From Deltaproteobacteria bacterium (GTDB lineage Bacteria; Myxococcota_A; Polyangia; Polyangiales; Houyiibacteriaceae), in the NCBI GenBank assembly GCA_034670305.1, contig JAXMNT010000045.1:1-60794 (forward strand): a DNA stretch of 60,794 bases. The letters run 5' to 3'. The first letter of the stretch is position 1. Every line of letters begins with the position of its first letter. The notes under the pieces were generated by a model. The model had not been told where the DNA came from and ran no database searches. It saw nothing but the letters and a program-made list of their open reading frames with translations. Positions 37,816 to 48,318 of the stretch are shown one piece after another. A program made the translations under genes and the position numbers.

Positions 37816-40800
37816 ATGATGGCCCCGATGTTGCGACACTCTTTTCTTGGGCTGGCGGTCCTCGCACTGCTGTCGAGCGCGCCTGCGTGCACGGGCAACG
37901 ACATGGCGCGTGGGTGGGCGGAGACCCAGCCGGGCGATGGCCCGCGGATCCTCTGGAACCTCGACGCCGAACCGCTTCCGGAACTGCCGTTGCCCAACGA
38001 CGTGGCGACCTGGCCCGACCCCACCTCGCCGACCGGCCGACGGATCAACGTCTCGCAGATCGCGCCGACGGGATTCGAGCGGTTCACCCGCGAGCTGTTC
38101 GACCGGCTCGACGGCTGGGGCACCTACGCGGCCATCAGCGTTCCCTTCGACGCACACATCGACACCGAAGCATTGATGGACGCGCAGGGTGGCGGCTCGC
38201 ATGCCTTCTCGACTGGGCCCGATGGGTTCGAGCGCCACGCGATCTACCTGGTCAACATGGAGACCGGCGAACCGATCCCGCTCGACGTGAACTCGGGCAA
38301 CTTCCACTACGTGCTCGACAACCCGAGCCAGTACTGGCGCAACGATCCCCGCGCGGGCGAGTCGAACCTGCTCTTCGAGACCGTGGACGAAGACGTGAAC
38401 GGCAACGGCGTACTCGATCCGCTCGAGGACACCGACTACGACGGCGTGCTCGACCAGCCGAACACCTTCGATGGAACCATCTCCGATCCGATGGACACCG
38501 TCGATGAGATGACCTGGTTCTACGAGCGCGAGACGAAGACCGTCGTGCTGCGCCCCATCCTCCCGATGGCGCCGCGCACCACCTACGCCGTGGTCGTGAC
38601 CGACCGGCTCCAGGGACTCGATGGCAGCCCGGTCCGCTCCCCCTTCGACCAGGTGCACCACCTCTCCCAGTACGAAGAACTCGAAGCGCTCCCCGAACAC
38701 TTCCTCGCGCACCGCAACGTCTACGGCGACCTCGCCGACCGCGGCTGGGAAGGGGTCTCGTTCGCGTGGACCTTCACCACCCAGAGCATCACCGACGACC
38801 TCGATGGACTCCGCAACGGCATGTACGGAGAAGGCGAGTTCGCCTGGATCCAGGAAGACTTCCCGCCCGACTACGCGCCCGCCCCGATGCAGGGCGGCCG
38901 GCGCTGTCCCGAACCCGGCTCGGACGTGATGATCGCCCCGGGCGACACCTTCCGAGAAGCGCTGCGCGGCGTGGCCGGCATCGCCCTCAACCTCGACGAA
39001 GCGCAGGTCGAGACCGTCGTCGGCAGTTTCTCGAACCTCAGCCACGTCGCAGTGAGCTTCTTCGAGACCCCGTACCTGCTTGGCGACTCCGAGACCACCG
39101 GCCTCGAAGACACCTGGGAGATGGACTTCCAGACCGGCGAAGCCCGCGTCGACCGCGAGACGATCTCGATGATCATGTTCGTCCCGAAGGAGGGTCCGGG
39201 CGTCGAGCAGCCGTTCCCGGTCGCGTTCTACGTGCACGGCTACGGCTCCGCTTCCGCCGAACCGCTTCCCTTCGCTGGATACATGTTGCAGCACGGCATC
39301 GCCGCTGCCGCAGTCAACGCCGAAGGACACGGCGTGCCCGTCGACATGTTCCTTCAGACGATCATTCGGTCGCTCTTCGAAGGCAATTGCCTCGGGCCGA
39401 CCGGCGACGCGATCCTCGCGGGCCGCGCCGAAGACAAAGACGGGGACGGCCTGGTCGACAGCGGCGTCGACTTCTGGACCGCCTACGTCTTCCACACCCG
39501 CGACGTGGTCCGCCAGACGGTGCTCGACCACATGCGCGCGATCCAGGTCCTGCGCAGCTTCGACGGCCGCACCGCGAACCCGGTGATGTACGAGAAGGGA
39601 CCGAATGGCGAGCTTGCGTACGACGCGGACATCTTCCCGTACGAAGGCATGGACGTCGCTGGCGACTTCGACGGCAACGGCGTGCCGGACATGGGCGGCC
39701 CCGACCAGGACTACTACTTCACCGGTGGTTCCCTCGGCGGCATCGTCAGTGGCGTGGCCGCCGGCGCCGAACCCGCGATCCGCGCCAGCGCACCGATCGT
39801 CGGCGCGGGTGGTTTGACCGACGTCGCCGCGCGGCTCGACCTCGGCAGCGTCATCGCCGCCATGCATCTGCGCATGATGGGACCGCTCGTGCTGGTCGAA
39901 CCCTCCGAACGCCGGGGCGAAGACCGCACCTCGTGCGCGCCCGGCGAACTCGCCATGTACTTCCTCGCGACCGAGCGCAACGAACGCGCCGAAGTGGAGT
40001 TCGCCTGCGTGCCGGAGTCCGCCATGGGCGCCGACGCCGTGCTCGTGGTTCGCAATGCCGAACACGACGAACTCGCGTGTGCGGGCGCCACCGGCGGGGA
40101 GTCCGGCATGTACCGCGTCGGCTTCCCGGCCGACCCAGGCGACCGCCTGACCGTCGAGATCTACGAAGATGCGCGGGCCAACTTCGACTTCGAGCACTGC
40201 ACGTTCCGGACGGATCCCGTGGGTCCGAGCCTCATCATCGACAACTTCGCTGTGAGCTCCGGCGACTGCGACCGCTGTGCGCAGTACCAGACGACCACGT
40301 GGGAAGCCGGCGACGCGCTGGTGTCGCCCGCGATGGGATTCGGCAACGCGCGGCAGACACCCGACCTTCGCCGGCTGCTCATGCTCGCCCAGGCGGGCCT
40401 CGACGCGGCCGACCCCATCAACTACGCGCGGCGCGCGTTCCTCGATCCGGTGGGTTCGGCCGACGCGCCGGCCCGCCCGACGAACTTGCTCGTCGCCAAC
40501 AGCATCGGTGACCAGGGTGTCCCCATCAGCACCGGCAACGCGTATGCGCGCGCCGCTGGCATCTTGCCCTTCGTGCCGCCGGACGGCCCGGACTCACTTC
40601 GCGAATGGCGGGCGCCGAGCTGGTTCGAAGGACGCTACGCCGGCTACGCGAGCCCCAACGATCTACTCATCGGGACCCATGTGCTCGAAGGCGTCGACCG
40701 GATGAACCGCAACCCGGATCCCGATGGGATTCGGCCGGCGCACTACCTCTTCGACGTGGACAACGTCTCGGAAGGCCGCTTGGTCTTCACCGAGGACGGA

Positions 40801-41148
40801 CGCACCCAGATGGTTGATGGCATCCCGCCCCCCACGCTCGAACGCCCGCTTCGGTGGACGCGACGCTCCCGAGCGATGCGCGGCGAAGGTGCCGACGACG
40901 CCGTCTGGGAAGCGCTTCCAGGCGAGGACATCTCCGGACTCTTGAACAACTACGCCATCCCCAACGGCGTGCACGGATTCGACGAGATCGTCTACCCGGC
41001 CGACATCGGCTGGGACACGAGCCAGTACCTCATCAACCTGATCGCGCGCTGGGCGGCGACGGGCGGACAGGACCTGCACTACCACAGCAGTCCGAACTCT
41101 CACCGGTGTCTGGAAGACTCCAGCTGCGCGTTCCTGCTCACCGAGTGA
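37816..41148 (+). CDS. Large secreted/lipoprotein alpha/beta hydrolase with N-terminal Ig-like region
   Basis: Signal with APAC; PLPND, LDGWGT, YVHGYG, nucleophile elbow GGSLGG, DPINYA, GDQGVP, VHGF. Confidence 0.75.
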   Translation: MMAPMLRHSFLGLAVLALLSSAPACTGNDMARGWAETQPGDGPRILWNLDAEPLPELPLPNDVATWPDPTSPTGRRINVSQIAPTGFERFTRELFDRLDGWGTYAAISVPFDAHIDTEALMDAQGGGSHAFSTGPDGFERHAIYLVNMETGEPIPLDVNSGNFHYVLDNPSQYWRNDPRAGESNLLFETVDEDVNGNGVLDPLEDTDYDGVLDQPNTFDGTISDPMDTVDEMTWFYERETKTVVLRPILPMAPRTTYAVVVTDRLQGLDGSPVRSPFDQVHHLSQYEELEALPEHFLAHRNVYGDLADRGWEGVSFAWTFTTQSITDDLDGLRNGMYGEGEFAWIQEDFPPDYAPAPMQGGRRCPEPGSDVMIAPGDTFREALRGVAGIALNLDEAQVETVVGSFSNLSHVAVSFFETPYLLGDSETTGLEDTWEMDFQTGEARVDRETISMIMFVPKEGPGVEQPFPVAFYVHGYGSASAEPLPFAGYMLQHGIAAAAVNAEGHGVPVDMFLQTIIRSLFEGNCLGPTGDAILAGRAEDKDGDGLVDSGVDFWTAYVFHTRDVVRQTVLDHMRAIQVLRSFDGRTANPVMYEKGPNGELAYDADIFPYEGMDVAGDFDGNGVPDMGGPDQDYYFTGGSLGGIVSGVAAGAEPAIRASAPIVGAGGLTDVAARLDLGSVIAAMHLRMMGPLVLVEPSERRGEDRTSCAPGELAMYFLATERNERAEVEFACVPESAMGADAVLVVRNAEHDELACAGATGGESGMYRVGFPADPGDRLTVEIYEDARANFDFEHCTFRTDPVGPSLIIDNFAVSSGDCDRCAQYQTTTWEAGDALVSPAMGFGNARQTPDLRRLLMLAQAGLDAADPINYARRAFLDPVGSADAPARPTNLLVANSIGDQGVPISTGNAYARAAGILPFVPPDGPDSLREWRAPSWFEGRYAGYASPNDLLIGTHVLEGVDRMNRNPDPDGIRPAHYLFDVDNVSEGRLVFTEDGRTQMVDGIPPPTLERPLRWTRRSRAMRGEGADDAVWEALPGEDISGLLNNYAIPNGVHGFDEIVYPADIGWDTSQYLINLIARWAATGGQDLHYHSSPNSHRCLEDSSCAFLLTE

Positions 41149-41307
41149 AGGGGGGTCGGCTTCGGTCGGCCTCTTGGCGCACCGAGTGAGTTTGGGTCCG
41201 GCTTCGGTCGGCTTCTTGGCGGCACGCGCCTTCTTCAGACCGGCGGTGATTTCGAGCTTCCGCATCCGCCGGAGACTCGGGTCGCCAAACTCTGGTAGAT
41301 CGTCGAC

Positions 41308-42801
41308 ATGTTCTCCGACTACGACGACTACGACGCGCTGGGCCTGGCCAACCTGGTAGAGAAAAAGGAAGTGACGAGCGCCGAGCTCGTCGAAGAGTGC
41401 ATTGCGCGGATCGAGCAGGTGAATCCGCGCATCAACGCGGTGAACCACACGCTCTATCCTCAAGCGCGGGCCGCAGCGAAGCAGCCGGTGGAGGGCCCCT
41501 TCACCGGTGTGCCCTTTCTGCTGAAGGACCTGCATCAGACCATCGAAGGCACCCCGACCCGAGGTGGCAGCCGCTTCTACGAAGGGTGGATCGCGTCGGA
41601 GGACTCCGAGCTCTACAAACGGTGGCGCGCCGCCGGCCTCATCACCGTCGCCCGGACCACCACCCCAGAGTTCGGCCTGCTCCCGGTGACCGAGCCGGAG
41701 ACCTTCGGACCGACCAAGACACCGTGGAACCTGGAGCGCACGAGCGGCGGTTCATCCGGCGGGGCCGGCGCGACGATCGCGGCGCGCGTCGTGCCTATGG
41801 CCAGCGGCGGTGACGGCGGGGGCAGCATCCGCATTCCGGCAGCGTGCAACGGGGTCTTCGGACTCAAGCCGACCCGCGGCCGCACGCCAACGGGCGACCA
41901 CGCGAGCGAACATTGGAACGGCTTCGCGCTCGAACACGTGCTGTCGATGTCGGTCCGCGACAGCGCGGCCGCGCTCGACGCGGTCGCCGGCATCGAAGCC
42001 ACCGCGCCGTACCACCCGCCGCACCACGAAGGCTCGTGGATGGCCGAGCTCGAGCGCGCACCAGGCACACTCCGCATCGGCTTCTCCTGCGATCCCGCGC
42101 TTCCCGCGACGGTGGATCCCGAGTGCATCCGCGCGGTCGAAGACGTGGCCAAGAAACTCGAAGCGCTCGGCCACCGCGTCGAACCGGTGCGCCCCGGCTA
42201 CGCGCCGATGGAGCTCGCACGCTCGTTCTTCACGATCATCGCGTCCAACACCGGCGCGGAGATCCGCGACGCGGAGAAGGTGGTCGGGCGCAAGGCCACG
42301 TCGAAAGACTTCGAGACCGCGACTTGGTTGTCCGCCCAGCTCGGCAGCGTGTTCACCGGGCAAGAAGTCATCAGCGCGATCCGACACCTGCAGGCCGAGT
42401 CACGGCGCCTCGTGCACCGCCTCGGCGCCTACGACGTCCTGCTCACGCCCACCCTCGGCCAGCCGCCGATCCCGCACGGCGACATTCGCCCCAAGGGGTT
42501 CGAAGCCAAGCTCCAGAAGCTCGTCGCGCGCAGTGGATCCTCCCTGCCGCTCCGGCTGCCCGGTCTGCTCGAGAAGACGCTCGAGCGCGTGTTCAACTTC
42601 GTTCCGTTCACCCCGGTCGCCAACTTCACCGGTCAACCGAGCATGAACGTGCCGCTCTACTGGTCGCCGGATGGGCTGCCGATTGGCACGATGTTCACCG
42701 CCCGCTTCGGCGACGAAGCCACCCTCTTCCGTCTCGCCGCCCAGCTCGAACAAGCGCACCCCTGGAAGGGCCGCGTCCCGCCCGTCAACGCCGCGCGGTA
42801 G
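41308..42801 (+). CDS. Amidase signature family protein
   Basis: GVPFLLKD, GGSSGG, DGGGSIRIPAACNGVFGLKPTRGR. Confidence 0.95.
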   Translation: MFSDYDDYDALGLANLVEKKEVTSAELVEECIARIEQVNPRINAVNHTLYPQARAAAKQPVEGPFTGVPFLLKDLHQTIEGTPTRGGSRFYEGWIASEDSELYKRWRAAGLITVARTTTPEFGLLPVTEPETFGPTKTPWNLERTSGGSSGGAGATIAARVVPMASGGDGGGSIRIPAACNGVFGLKPTRGRTPTGDHASEHWNGFALEHVLSMSVRDSAAALDAVAGIEATAPYHPPHHEGSWMAELERAPGTLRIGFSCDPALPATVDPECIRAVEDVAKKLEALGHRVEPVRPGYAPMELARSFFTIIASNTGAEIRDAEKVVGRKATSKDFETATWLSAQLGSVFTGQEVISAIRHLQAESRRLVHRLGAYDVLLTPTLGQPPIPHGDIRPKGFEAKLQKLVARSGSSLPLRLPGLLEKTLERVFNFVPFTPVANFTGQPSMNVPLYWSPDGLPIGTMFTARFGDEATLFRLAAQLEQAHPWKGRVPPVNAAR

Positions 42802-42843
42802 CAGGAGCAAAGCGACTGCTCCCTTGCCCTTGCCCTTGCCCTT
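42799..42843 (+). repeat. Degenerate relative of the MITE left end
   Basis: TAG-CAGG, hairpin GGAGCA...TGCTCC, then (CCCTTG)3 at the amidase stop. Confidence 0.4.
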
Positions 42844-42883
42844 TAGTGCAGGCGTGAATCCGGGCTCGTCGCGCGGGGGTTCC

Positions 42884-43738
42884 CTACAGCCCGAGCCGAC
42901 TCAAGAGTCGCGTCACCGATCCACAGAACGGACACTCCATCGACTGAGTCAGCGCGAACATGCGCGTGGACCGGTCGTCCTCTCCGAGCGCGTTCAACAC
43001 GGATCCAACGGCGCACGCTCCACACTCCGGCGAGGTCATGGGCCCCACGCCACTCCTGGCGGTGGCGACACCAACCTCGAACTCCCGCTGCCACTGCGGG
43101 TCGTGGCATGGAGCCGCGAAGTCGAAGGCCCACGGGATCGAATCGGGAGTCGCTGAACACGACCCCGCCCACTTGGAGAAGCGGGCAGCGACAGGCTTGT
43201 CCTTGGCGTCGTATGCGCGGACGGGCCCAGGACCCAGCATGACCAGCCAATAGTGACCGACTGGGCACTCGAGTTCGATTTCCCCATCCGGGCCCCACAG
43301 GAGACAGTCGAGTGCGCCGGCGATCGAACTGCCGGAGAGGGCCGCCATGGAAAGCGCAAGAATGCCGCTTTCCATGCCCAGCCACGCCTCCGAGCTGAGC
43401 AATCGTTGGATGTGGTCGACGGCTGTCTTTCTGGTTTCGATCGACACAGCGTCAGTGAGGTACGGCCCCAGCCTCGAGACCGCGGTTCCGACGTCGCACC
43501 AGAACTCGTGCGCGTGTTCTGGGTTGGAGATCCGCGGACCGGCTGGGATCAGGTGATCGAGAACGGGCTGCGCGGTCCCTTCCCACGTGTACGGAGACAG
43601 GGAGAGCTCCGAGAGTTGCTGCCAACCCAAACCGTTCATGAACCCGTCCGGGTCCTCCAGAAACTCCGCGATCAGAGCTGGCAGTTTCTCGCTGCCAGCT
43701 CTGCCCAGGGTCGACCAGCGACTGTCCGAGAGATCCAT
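42884..43738 (-). CDS. Hypothetical protein: helical N-terminus and C-terminal Cys clusters
   Basis: MDLSDSRWSTL...; CPVGH, CGAC, CPFCG. Confidence 0.6.
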   Translation of the reverse strand: MDLSDSRWSTLGRAGSEKLPALIAEFLEDPDGFMNGLGWQQLSELSLSPYTWEGTAQPVLDHLIPAGPRISNPEHAHEFWCDVGTAVSRLGPYLTDAVSIETRKTAVDHIQRLLSSEAWLGMESGILALSMAALSGSSIAGALDCLLWGPDGEIELECPVGHYWLVMLGPGPVRAYDAKDKPVAARFSKWAGSCSATPDSIPWAFDFAAPCHDPQWQREFEVGVATARSGVGPMTSPECGACAVGSVLNALGEDDRSTRMFALTQSMECPFCGSVTRLLSRLGL

Positions 43739-43743
43739 TCGGT

Positions 43744-44649
43744 TCAGAGCACTCGGATCGTCAAGCGGTCCGCGACGCTGCAGCCGATCAGCTGGCCGTG
43801 GCCCGCGTCCCGGTACGCGCCCGACGCTTCTTCGGAGTGAAACGAACGAGTCCGGCGCCCCAGTTGGAATCCGCTGAGTGGTCCCACTCGGGTGGGTGCG
43901 CCGCGGGTCCAGATCTGCACTCGGTCGCCGGACCGGATCGAGACGCCCCTCAGCCCTTCGTCTCCGCGGCCGACCCCGAGCAGCCGACGCACCGGGGTGG
44001 GGATCCGGTCCATGGTCACTTGTTCGACCTTGCCGAACACATGCGGCGACGTCTCGACACGTACGAAGAGCGGTTCTTGCCCATCGGCCACCACGACGAA
44101 GTCGTCTCCAAAGGCCACGCGCTTCTCCGGCACGGTGTCCACGAACAGATCGGTCCACAGCGGCGCGTGGGCCGGACCCCGTTCGATGGACCGCACCGTC
44201 CCTTCGAAGAGCAGCGCGCGGCCGTAGGTGAGCTCCCGCAGAAGTCGGTCAAACGGTGGGCCGGGTTCCGCGTGGCGGGTCCGAAGCCAGTGCACCGCGG
44301 AGACGAGGAGGTACAGGTTCAACGTGCCGAAGAAGAGCGTGACGATGCCGACGAAGATCACGATCGGCCATCCATGGTCGACCAAGGCCTGCGCTACGAG
44401 GAGCACCGGACTCAGGAAGATCGCGATGGTCGTCCAGCGAAGGGAGAGGGCGAAACTGCGTTTCAGAATCGCGAGGAGCCGCCCCGTCCGGGCCTGCATG
44501 CCGGCGAACTGGATCTGCGCTGCGGGCTGACCATCGAGGACGCGGTCTTCGGTCGCACGCAACTCGTTCGTCAGCCGGAAGGTCTGCGAGAACGTGTGAG
44601 GTGGGTTGTCCCCGCTGGTCGGCGCCGCCACGGGCGAATGATACGCCAA
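43744..44649 (-). CDS. Hypothetical membrane protein (2 TM plus beta-rich domain, GAYR motif near the C-terminus)
   Basis: Two hydrophobic segments; same strand and 5 bp from the next gene. Confidence 0.6.
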   Translation of the reverse strand: MAYHSPVAAPTSGDNPPHTFSQTFRLTNELRATEDRVLDGQPAAQIQFAGMQARTGRLLAILKRSFALSLRWTTIAIFLSPVLLVAQALVDHGWPIVIFVGIVTLFFGTLNLYLLVSAVHWLRTRHAEPGPPFDRLLRELTYGRALLFEGTVRSIERGPAHAPLWTDLFVDTVPEKRVAFGDDFVVVADGQEPLFVRVETSPHVFGKVEQVTMDRIPTPVRRLLGVGRGDEGLRGVSIRSGDRVQIWTRGAPTRVGPLSGFQLGRRTRSFHSEEASGAYRDAGHGQLIGCSVADRLTIRVL

Positions 44650-44702
44650 CGGTTGGTCGGAAGGGAGGGAGGTCTCCCCCTGAACGATGCTACGATCCGC
44701 GC

Positions 44703-45167
44703 ATGGTTCGGCTCGGCATCATCGGAGGCATCGTCGTCGCGGTCTCGGTTCTGATGCTCGGCGTCGTGAGTCTCGGCGGCGGCATGGACACCCTGCCACC
44801 CATCCTCGGCATGCAGCCCATCTGCGCGGTCGCTGCCGAACCCTGTTGGTTGGTGCTCGGTGGCGGACACGGGGTGCTGGTCGTGGGTCTCGCCGGCGTC
44901 GGCGTCGTGTCCCTCACGCTCTACGGCGCGGGTCTCTTGTTCGCGACCGGACAACTCGCGGCCGGGGGCATCGCGCTCGGACAGTGCGGCGTCGGGCTCA
45001 GCGGATTCGCCGGTCAGGTCGGCTGCGGCTTCGTCGCGTTCGGACAGGGCGTCGGTGGCGTGGTGGCCGACGGTCAGGGCAGCGTGGGCATCAAGGGCGC
45101 GCCGTTTCTTCGCACGTTCAACGCGGAGCTGATTCAGATCCTCAGATTCCGCGGCCCACTCCCCTGA
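44703..45167 (+). CDS. Small Gly-rich membrane protein
   Basis: Hydrophobic GxxxxG repeats; TGC-TACGAT-N6-ATG promoter. Confidence 0.65.
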   Translation: MVRLGIIGGIVVAVSVLMLGVVSLGGGMDTLPPILGMQPICAVAAEPCWLVLGGGHGVLVVGLAGVGVVSLTLYGAGLLFATGQLAAGGIALGQCGVGLSGFAGQVGCGFVAFGQGVGGVVADGQGSVGIKGAPFLRTFNAELIQILRFRGPLP

Positions 45168-45230
45168 ACTCAGCGCACCGCTGCGACCCACTGCGACCCG
45201 ACGACGGAGACCGGCGCTCAGCGTCGTGTC

Positions 45231-46568
45231 TCAGCGCCGTGTCGATGCGGACGCGGGGTCGATCGCGCGGCGTGCCGCGGTCACGAGCGCGTAGGGATCG
45301 AGTGGTTTCACGAGAAAACCGTCGGCACCGAGCTGCTGAAGAAGCCGCCAATCCGAGCCACCCCCGATCGCCGTCACGACGATGATCGGCATCTTGGCGT
45401 GGACCTTCTCCGATCGGATCGCGGCGGTCAGTTCGATGCCGTTGAGACCGGGCATGTCCAGGTCGATCACCGCGAGCGAAGCGGGCTCCCGCTCGAGCGC
45501 ACGGAGCGCGGAGGCGCCGTCCGAGACGCACTCGATCCGGGCGGCCGGAAACGCGAAGGCGAGCGTCTCTCGGGCGAGCTCGGTGAAATCCTCGTCGTCG
45601 TCGGCGAGCAGGATCCGGACCCCCGGCAACCCCCGGCGGGAGATGTGTTCTCGCGCATTGAACAGCGCCTTTCGGAAGGCGTCGGCCGTCGGATAACGCT
45701 TGTCCACATCGCGTTCGATCGCGCGCGCGAGCACCTCGTCGAAACTCTCCGGCACCTGGTCGCTGCGCTGGCTCGCCGGCTCGAGCGGCTGCCGGCGCAT
45801 GTGCACCTCGAAGAGCTGCCCGACGGTTTCGATGTCGTACGGGAGTGTCCCGGTGAACATCTCGTAGGCCATGACGCCGAGGCTGTACACGTCCGCGCGC
45901 TGGTCGAACATCGGGTTCTCTGAGTAGACGACCTCGGGCGCGATGAACGCGGGGGTGCCGACGACGAGTTCGTTCTCGTCCCGTTTCCCGAGGGCGCGGA
46001 CCAGACCGAAGTCCGTCACCGCGACCCGAAACGCCGGGCCGATGAGCACGTTGCCGGGCTTGATGTCGGCGTGCACGATGCCTCGATCGTGGATCGCCCC
46101 GAGTCCGCGACACACCTGGTCGAGGATGCCGATGAGTTCGTCGATCGACGCCGGCTGACCGCGTCCCGGCTTGTGACGCGCGAGCCAGGTGCCGACGGTG
46201 ATGCCGGGTACGTACTCCATCGCGAAGTAGGGCCAGTGCTCGTGGTGCCCGAACGCGTAGATCTGGACCACGTTCTCATGGCGGACACCGGCCATCGCCC
46301 GGGCTTCGGTCACGAAGAGCTTCTGGTTCCGCTCGCGCTGCATCGCATGCGGCGCGATGACCTTCAGCGCCACCTCCCGCTCGAGGCGGATGTCTTCGGC
46401 GAGCAGGACGATGCCCATCCCGCCCCGTCCGAGCAGGCGGAGGACCCGGTACTGATCATCGATCAGCGTGCCGACCGGCACCTCGAGATCCTGGTCCTCG
46501 ACCTCGAACGACTGGACCATCTCGTGGTCGCCGTCGGGCGATTCATCGTCGTCTGGAGTGTGACTCAT
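45231..46568 (-). CDS. Ser/Thr kinase fused to a C-terminal receiver (REC) domain
   Basis: GRGGMG, VALK, HADIKPGN, DFGL, FIAPE; REC ILLADDD...IDLDMPGLNG...VTA...KP. Confidence 0.93.
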   Translation of the reverse strand: MSHTPDDDESPDGDHEMVQSFEVEDQDLEVPVGTLIDDQYRVLRLLGRGGMGIVLLAEDIRLEREVALKVIAPHAMQRERNQKLFVTEARAMAGVRHENVVQIYAFGHHEHWPYFAMEYVPGITVGTWLARHKPGRGQPASIDELIGILDQVCRGLGAIHDRGIVHADIKPGNVLIGPAFRVAVTDFGLVRALGKRDENELVVGTPAFIAPEVVYSENPMFDQRADVYSLGVMAYEMFTGTLPYDIETVGQLFEVHMRRQPLEPASQRSDQVPESFDEVLARAIERDVDKRYPTADAFRKALFNAREHISRRGLPGVRILLADDDEDFTELARETLAFAFPAARIECVSDGASALRALEREPASLAVIDLDMPGLNGIELTAAIRSEKVHAKMPIIVVTAIGGGSDWRLLQQLGADGFLVKPLDPYALVTAARRAIDPASASTRR

Positions 46569-46636
46569 GCAGCTGCTCGGCCCGCTTCCGAATGGGAGGT
46601 AGGCGCATTGTACCCATGCTGCCAAACTCTCGGGAC

Positions 46637-47359
46637 ATGTCTCCATCCGACGCACCAATTGATACTCTGGAGGCCCATCTGGCAGCCGTCCGGGCCCGTA
46701 CCCGAGCCAAGATCCCTGGGCGAGTGCAGGCCATCCTCGATGCGGCCGCACCGTCCGACGATCTGAGGCGGCTGGCCCACAAGCTGCGCGGGATCGCGGA
46801 TGACCCCGCGGTCGCAGAACCCGCGACCTGGATCGAGCTCGGGTGCCGCGCTGGCGACACAGCTCAGGTGCAAAAGGGCCTGGATGCCCTTCGGCGTTGG
46901 CTCGAAACGCGCGTCGAGGAGCCGGTATCGCATCCGGCCGCTTCGCAAAGCGAGGCCACTCTCCCGCGAACGGGTGCGAGCGTCGGACGCGCGCTGGTCG
47001 TGGACGACGATCCCGCGATCTTGAAGCTCGTGGCGATGACGCTCGAGCGCCTGGCGCATTTCGAGGTTCAGACCGCGAGCTCCCTCGCCGACGCGCGGCA
47101 AGCGTTCCAGGACGCGACGTACGAGCTGGCGGTGCTGGATGCGCAGATGCCGAAGACCACGGGTCTGGAGCTGTGCAGTGAACTGCGCGCCGTCTCGCCC
47201 GGAACCAAGATCGTCATTCTCTCCGCCGCCACCGCCGAACAGCTGGGCTGGAGCTGGGGCGCCGAGGGCCCCGATGCTTGGTGGCAGAAACCGCTCCCGA
47301 CGTCCGAGATCGTCGAGCGGGTGAAGGCCCTCATGAAAGATCCTCAAAACGAAGCGTGA
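46637..47359 (+). CDS. Hpt-like domain plus receiver domain protein
   Basis: RRLAHKLRG (Hpt His motif); LVVDDDP...LDAQMP...LSA...KP. Confidence 0.85.
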   Translation: MSPSDAPIDTLEAHLAAVRARTRAKIPGRVQAILDAAAPSDDLRRLAHKLRGIADDPAVAEPATWIELGCRAGDTAQVQKGLDALRRWLETRVEEPVSHPAASQSEATLPRTGASVGRALVVDDDPAILKLVAMTLERLAHFEVQTASSLADARQAFQDATYELAVLDAQMPKTTGLELCSELRAVSPGTKIVILSAATAEQLGWSWGAEGPDAWWQKPLPTSEIVERVKALMKDPQNEA

Positions 47360-48251
47360 GCGCAGGCGGAGGCAACCGGGTCGAACGCGGCGCCCCACGC
47401 GCCGACCAGAGGCGGTGCGGGAACTGCAGCACACTCGAACGCAGCGCCCGCCCGGTCAGCCACAACTTCCGCGACGACGGGACCACCGCGCGCCCCAGGG
47501 TGACGTCGAACCCGCGGCTTCGAATCACCTCCCCGATCTCGGCATAGATGGCGGCCGCGCTGCGGATCCCGAAGGCGCTCCGCGCGTCGAGCATCGCCAG
47601 ACCGCGGTCCGCGCTGCGGTAGTAGCGGGCCGCGTGGGCGAGGAGCTTCTGAACCGCCTCGGCGAGCCGCGCAACGGCATGCGCGGGGATCTCGCTCGTC
47701 GGCAGCTCGGTCTCCAGCCAGACCTCCGGCAGGTACATGCGGCCGCGCGACCAGTCCTCCTGCACGTCGCGCGCGATGTTCGTCATCTGCATCGCCCACC
47801 CAAGGTGCGCCGCCGGCCGCAGCGCGTCGTCGTGGGCCACGCCGAGCACGTGGCACATCATCAAGCCGACCACGCCAGCGACGCGGTGCGCGTACAGATG
47901 CAGGTCCTCCACCGTCCGGTAGCGGTGACCCACCACGTCCATCCGCATGCCCGCCACCAGCTCGTCCAGGTAGAGCCGCGGGATCTTCCGGCGCGTGGCC
48001 AGCGCGCGCATCGCCGCCACGAGCGGGCTCGAGGGGCGGGTCGACCCGTACACCTCGTCCACCCGGCGCGCGACCGCTCGCAAGCCCTCCGGCCCTTCGG
48101 CGGCGGGACGTTCGTCGATGGCGTCGTCCACGGCGCGGCAGAAGCTGTACAGCACCGCCGCATCTTCCAGGGTCGGTCGCGGCAGAAGCCGTCCCGCCCA
48201 CGCGAACGACTTCGAGTTCTGCTCGAGCGTTCGAAGAAACTCGTCCGACAC
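47331..48251 (-). CDS. crtB: Phytoene/squalene synthase family protein
   Basis: SKSF, LYSFCRAVDDAID, YAHRVAGVVGLM, LGWAMQMTNIARDVQED..RGRMYLP. Confidence 0.9.
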   Translation of the reverse strand: MSDEFLRTLEQNSKSFAWAGRLLPRPTLEDAAVLYSFCRAVDDAIDERPAAEGPEGLRAVARRVDEVYGSTRPSSPLVAAMRALATRRKIPRLYLDELVAGMRMDVVGHRYRTVEDLHLYAHRVAGVVGLMMCHVLGVAHDDALRPAAHLGWAMQMTNIARDVQEDWSRGRMYLPEVWLETELPTSEIPAHAVARLAEAVQKLLAHAARYYRSADRGLAMLDARSAFGIRSAAAIYAEIGEVIRSRGFDVTLGRAVVPSSRKLWLTGRALRSSVLQFPHRLWSARGAPRSTRLPPPALTLRFEDLS

Positions 48252-48318
48252 GCGCGCACGATAGCCGGGATGGGCAAACAGGGACGAAGTTCCCCGTCCA
48301 TACGCCCTCGGCCGAACG

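Noticed and set aside
36085-40197. 1370-aa minus-strand ORF
   Set aside because: Shadow frame of plus-strand genes that carry recognisable motifs; typical of high-GC DNA
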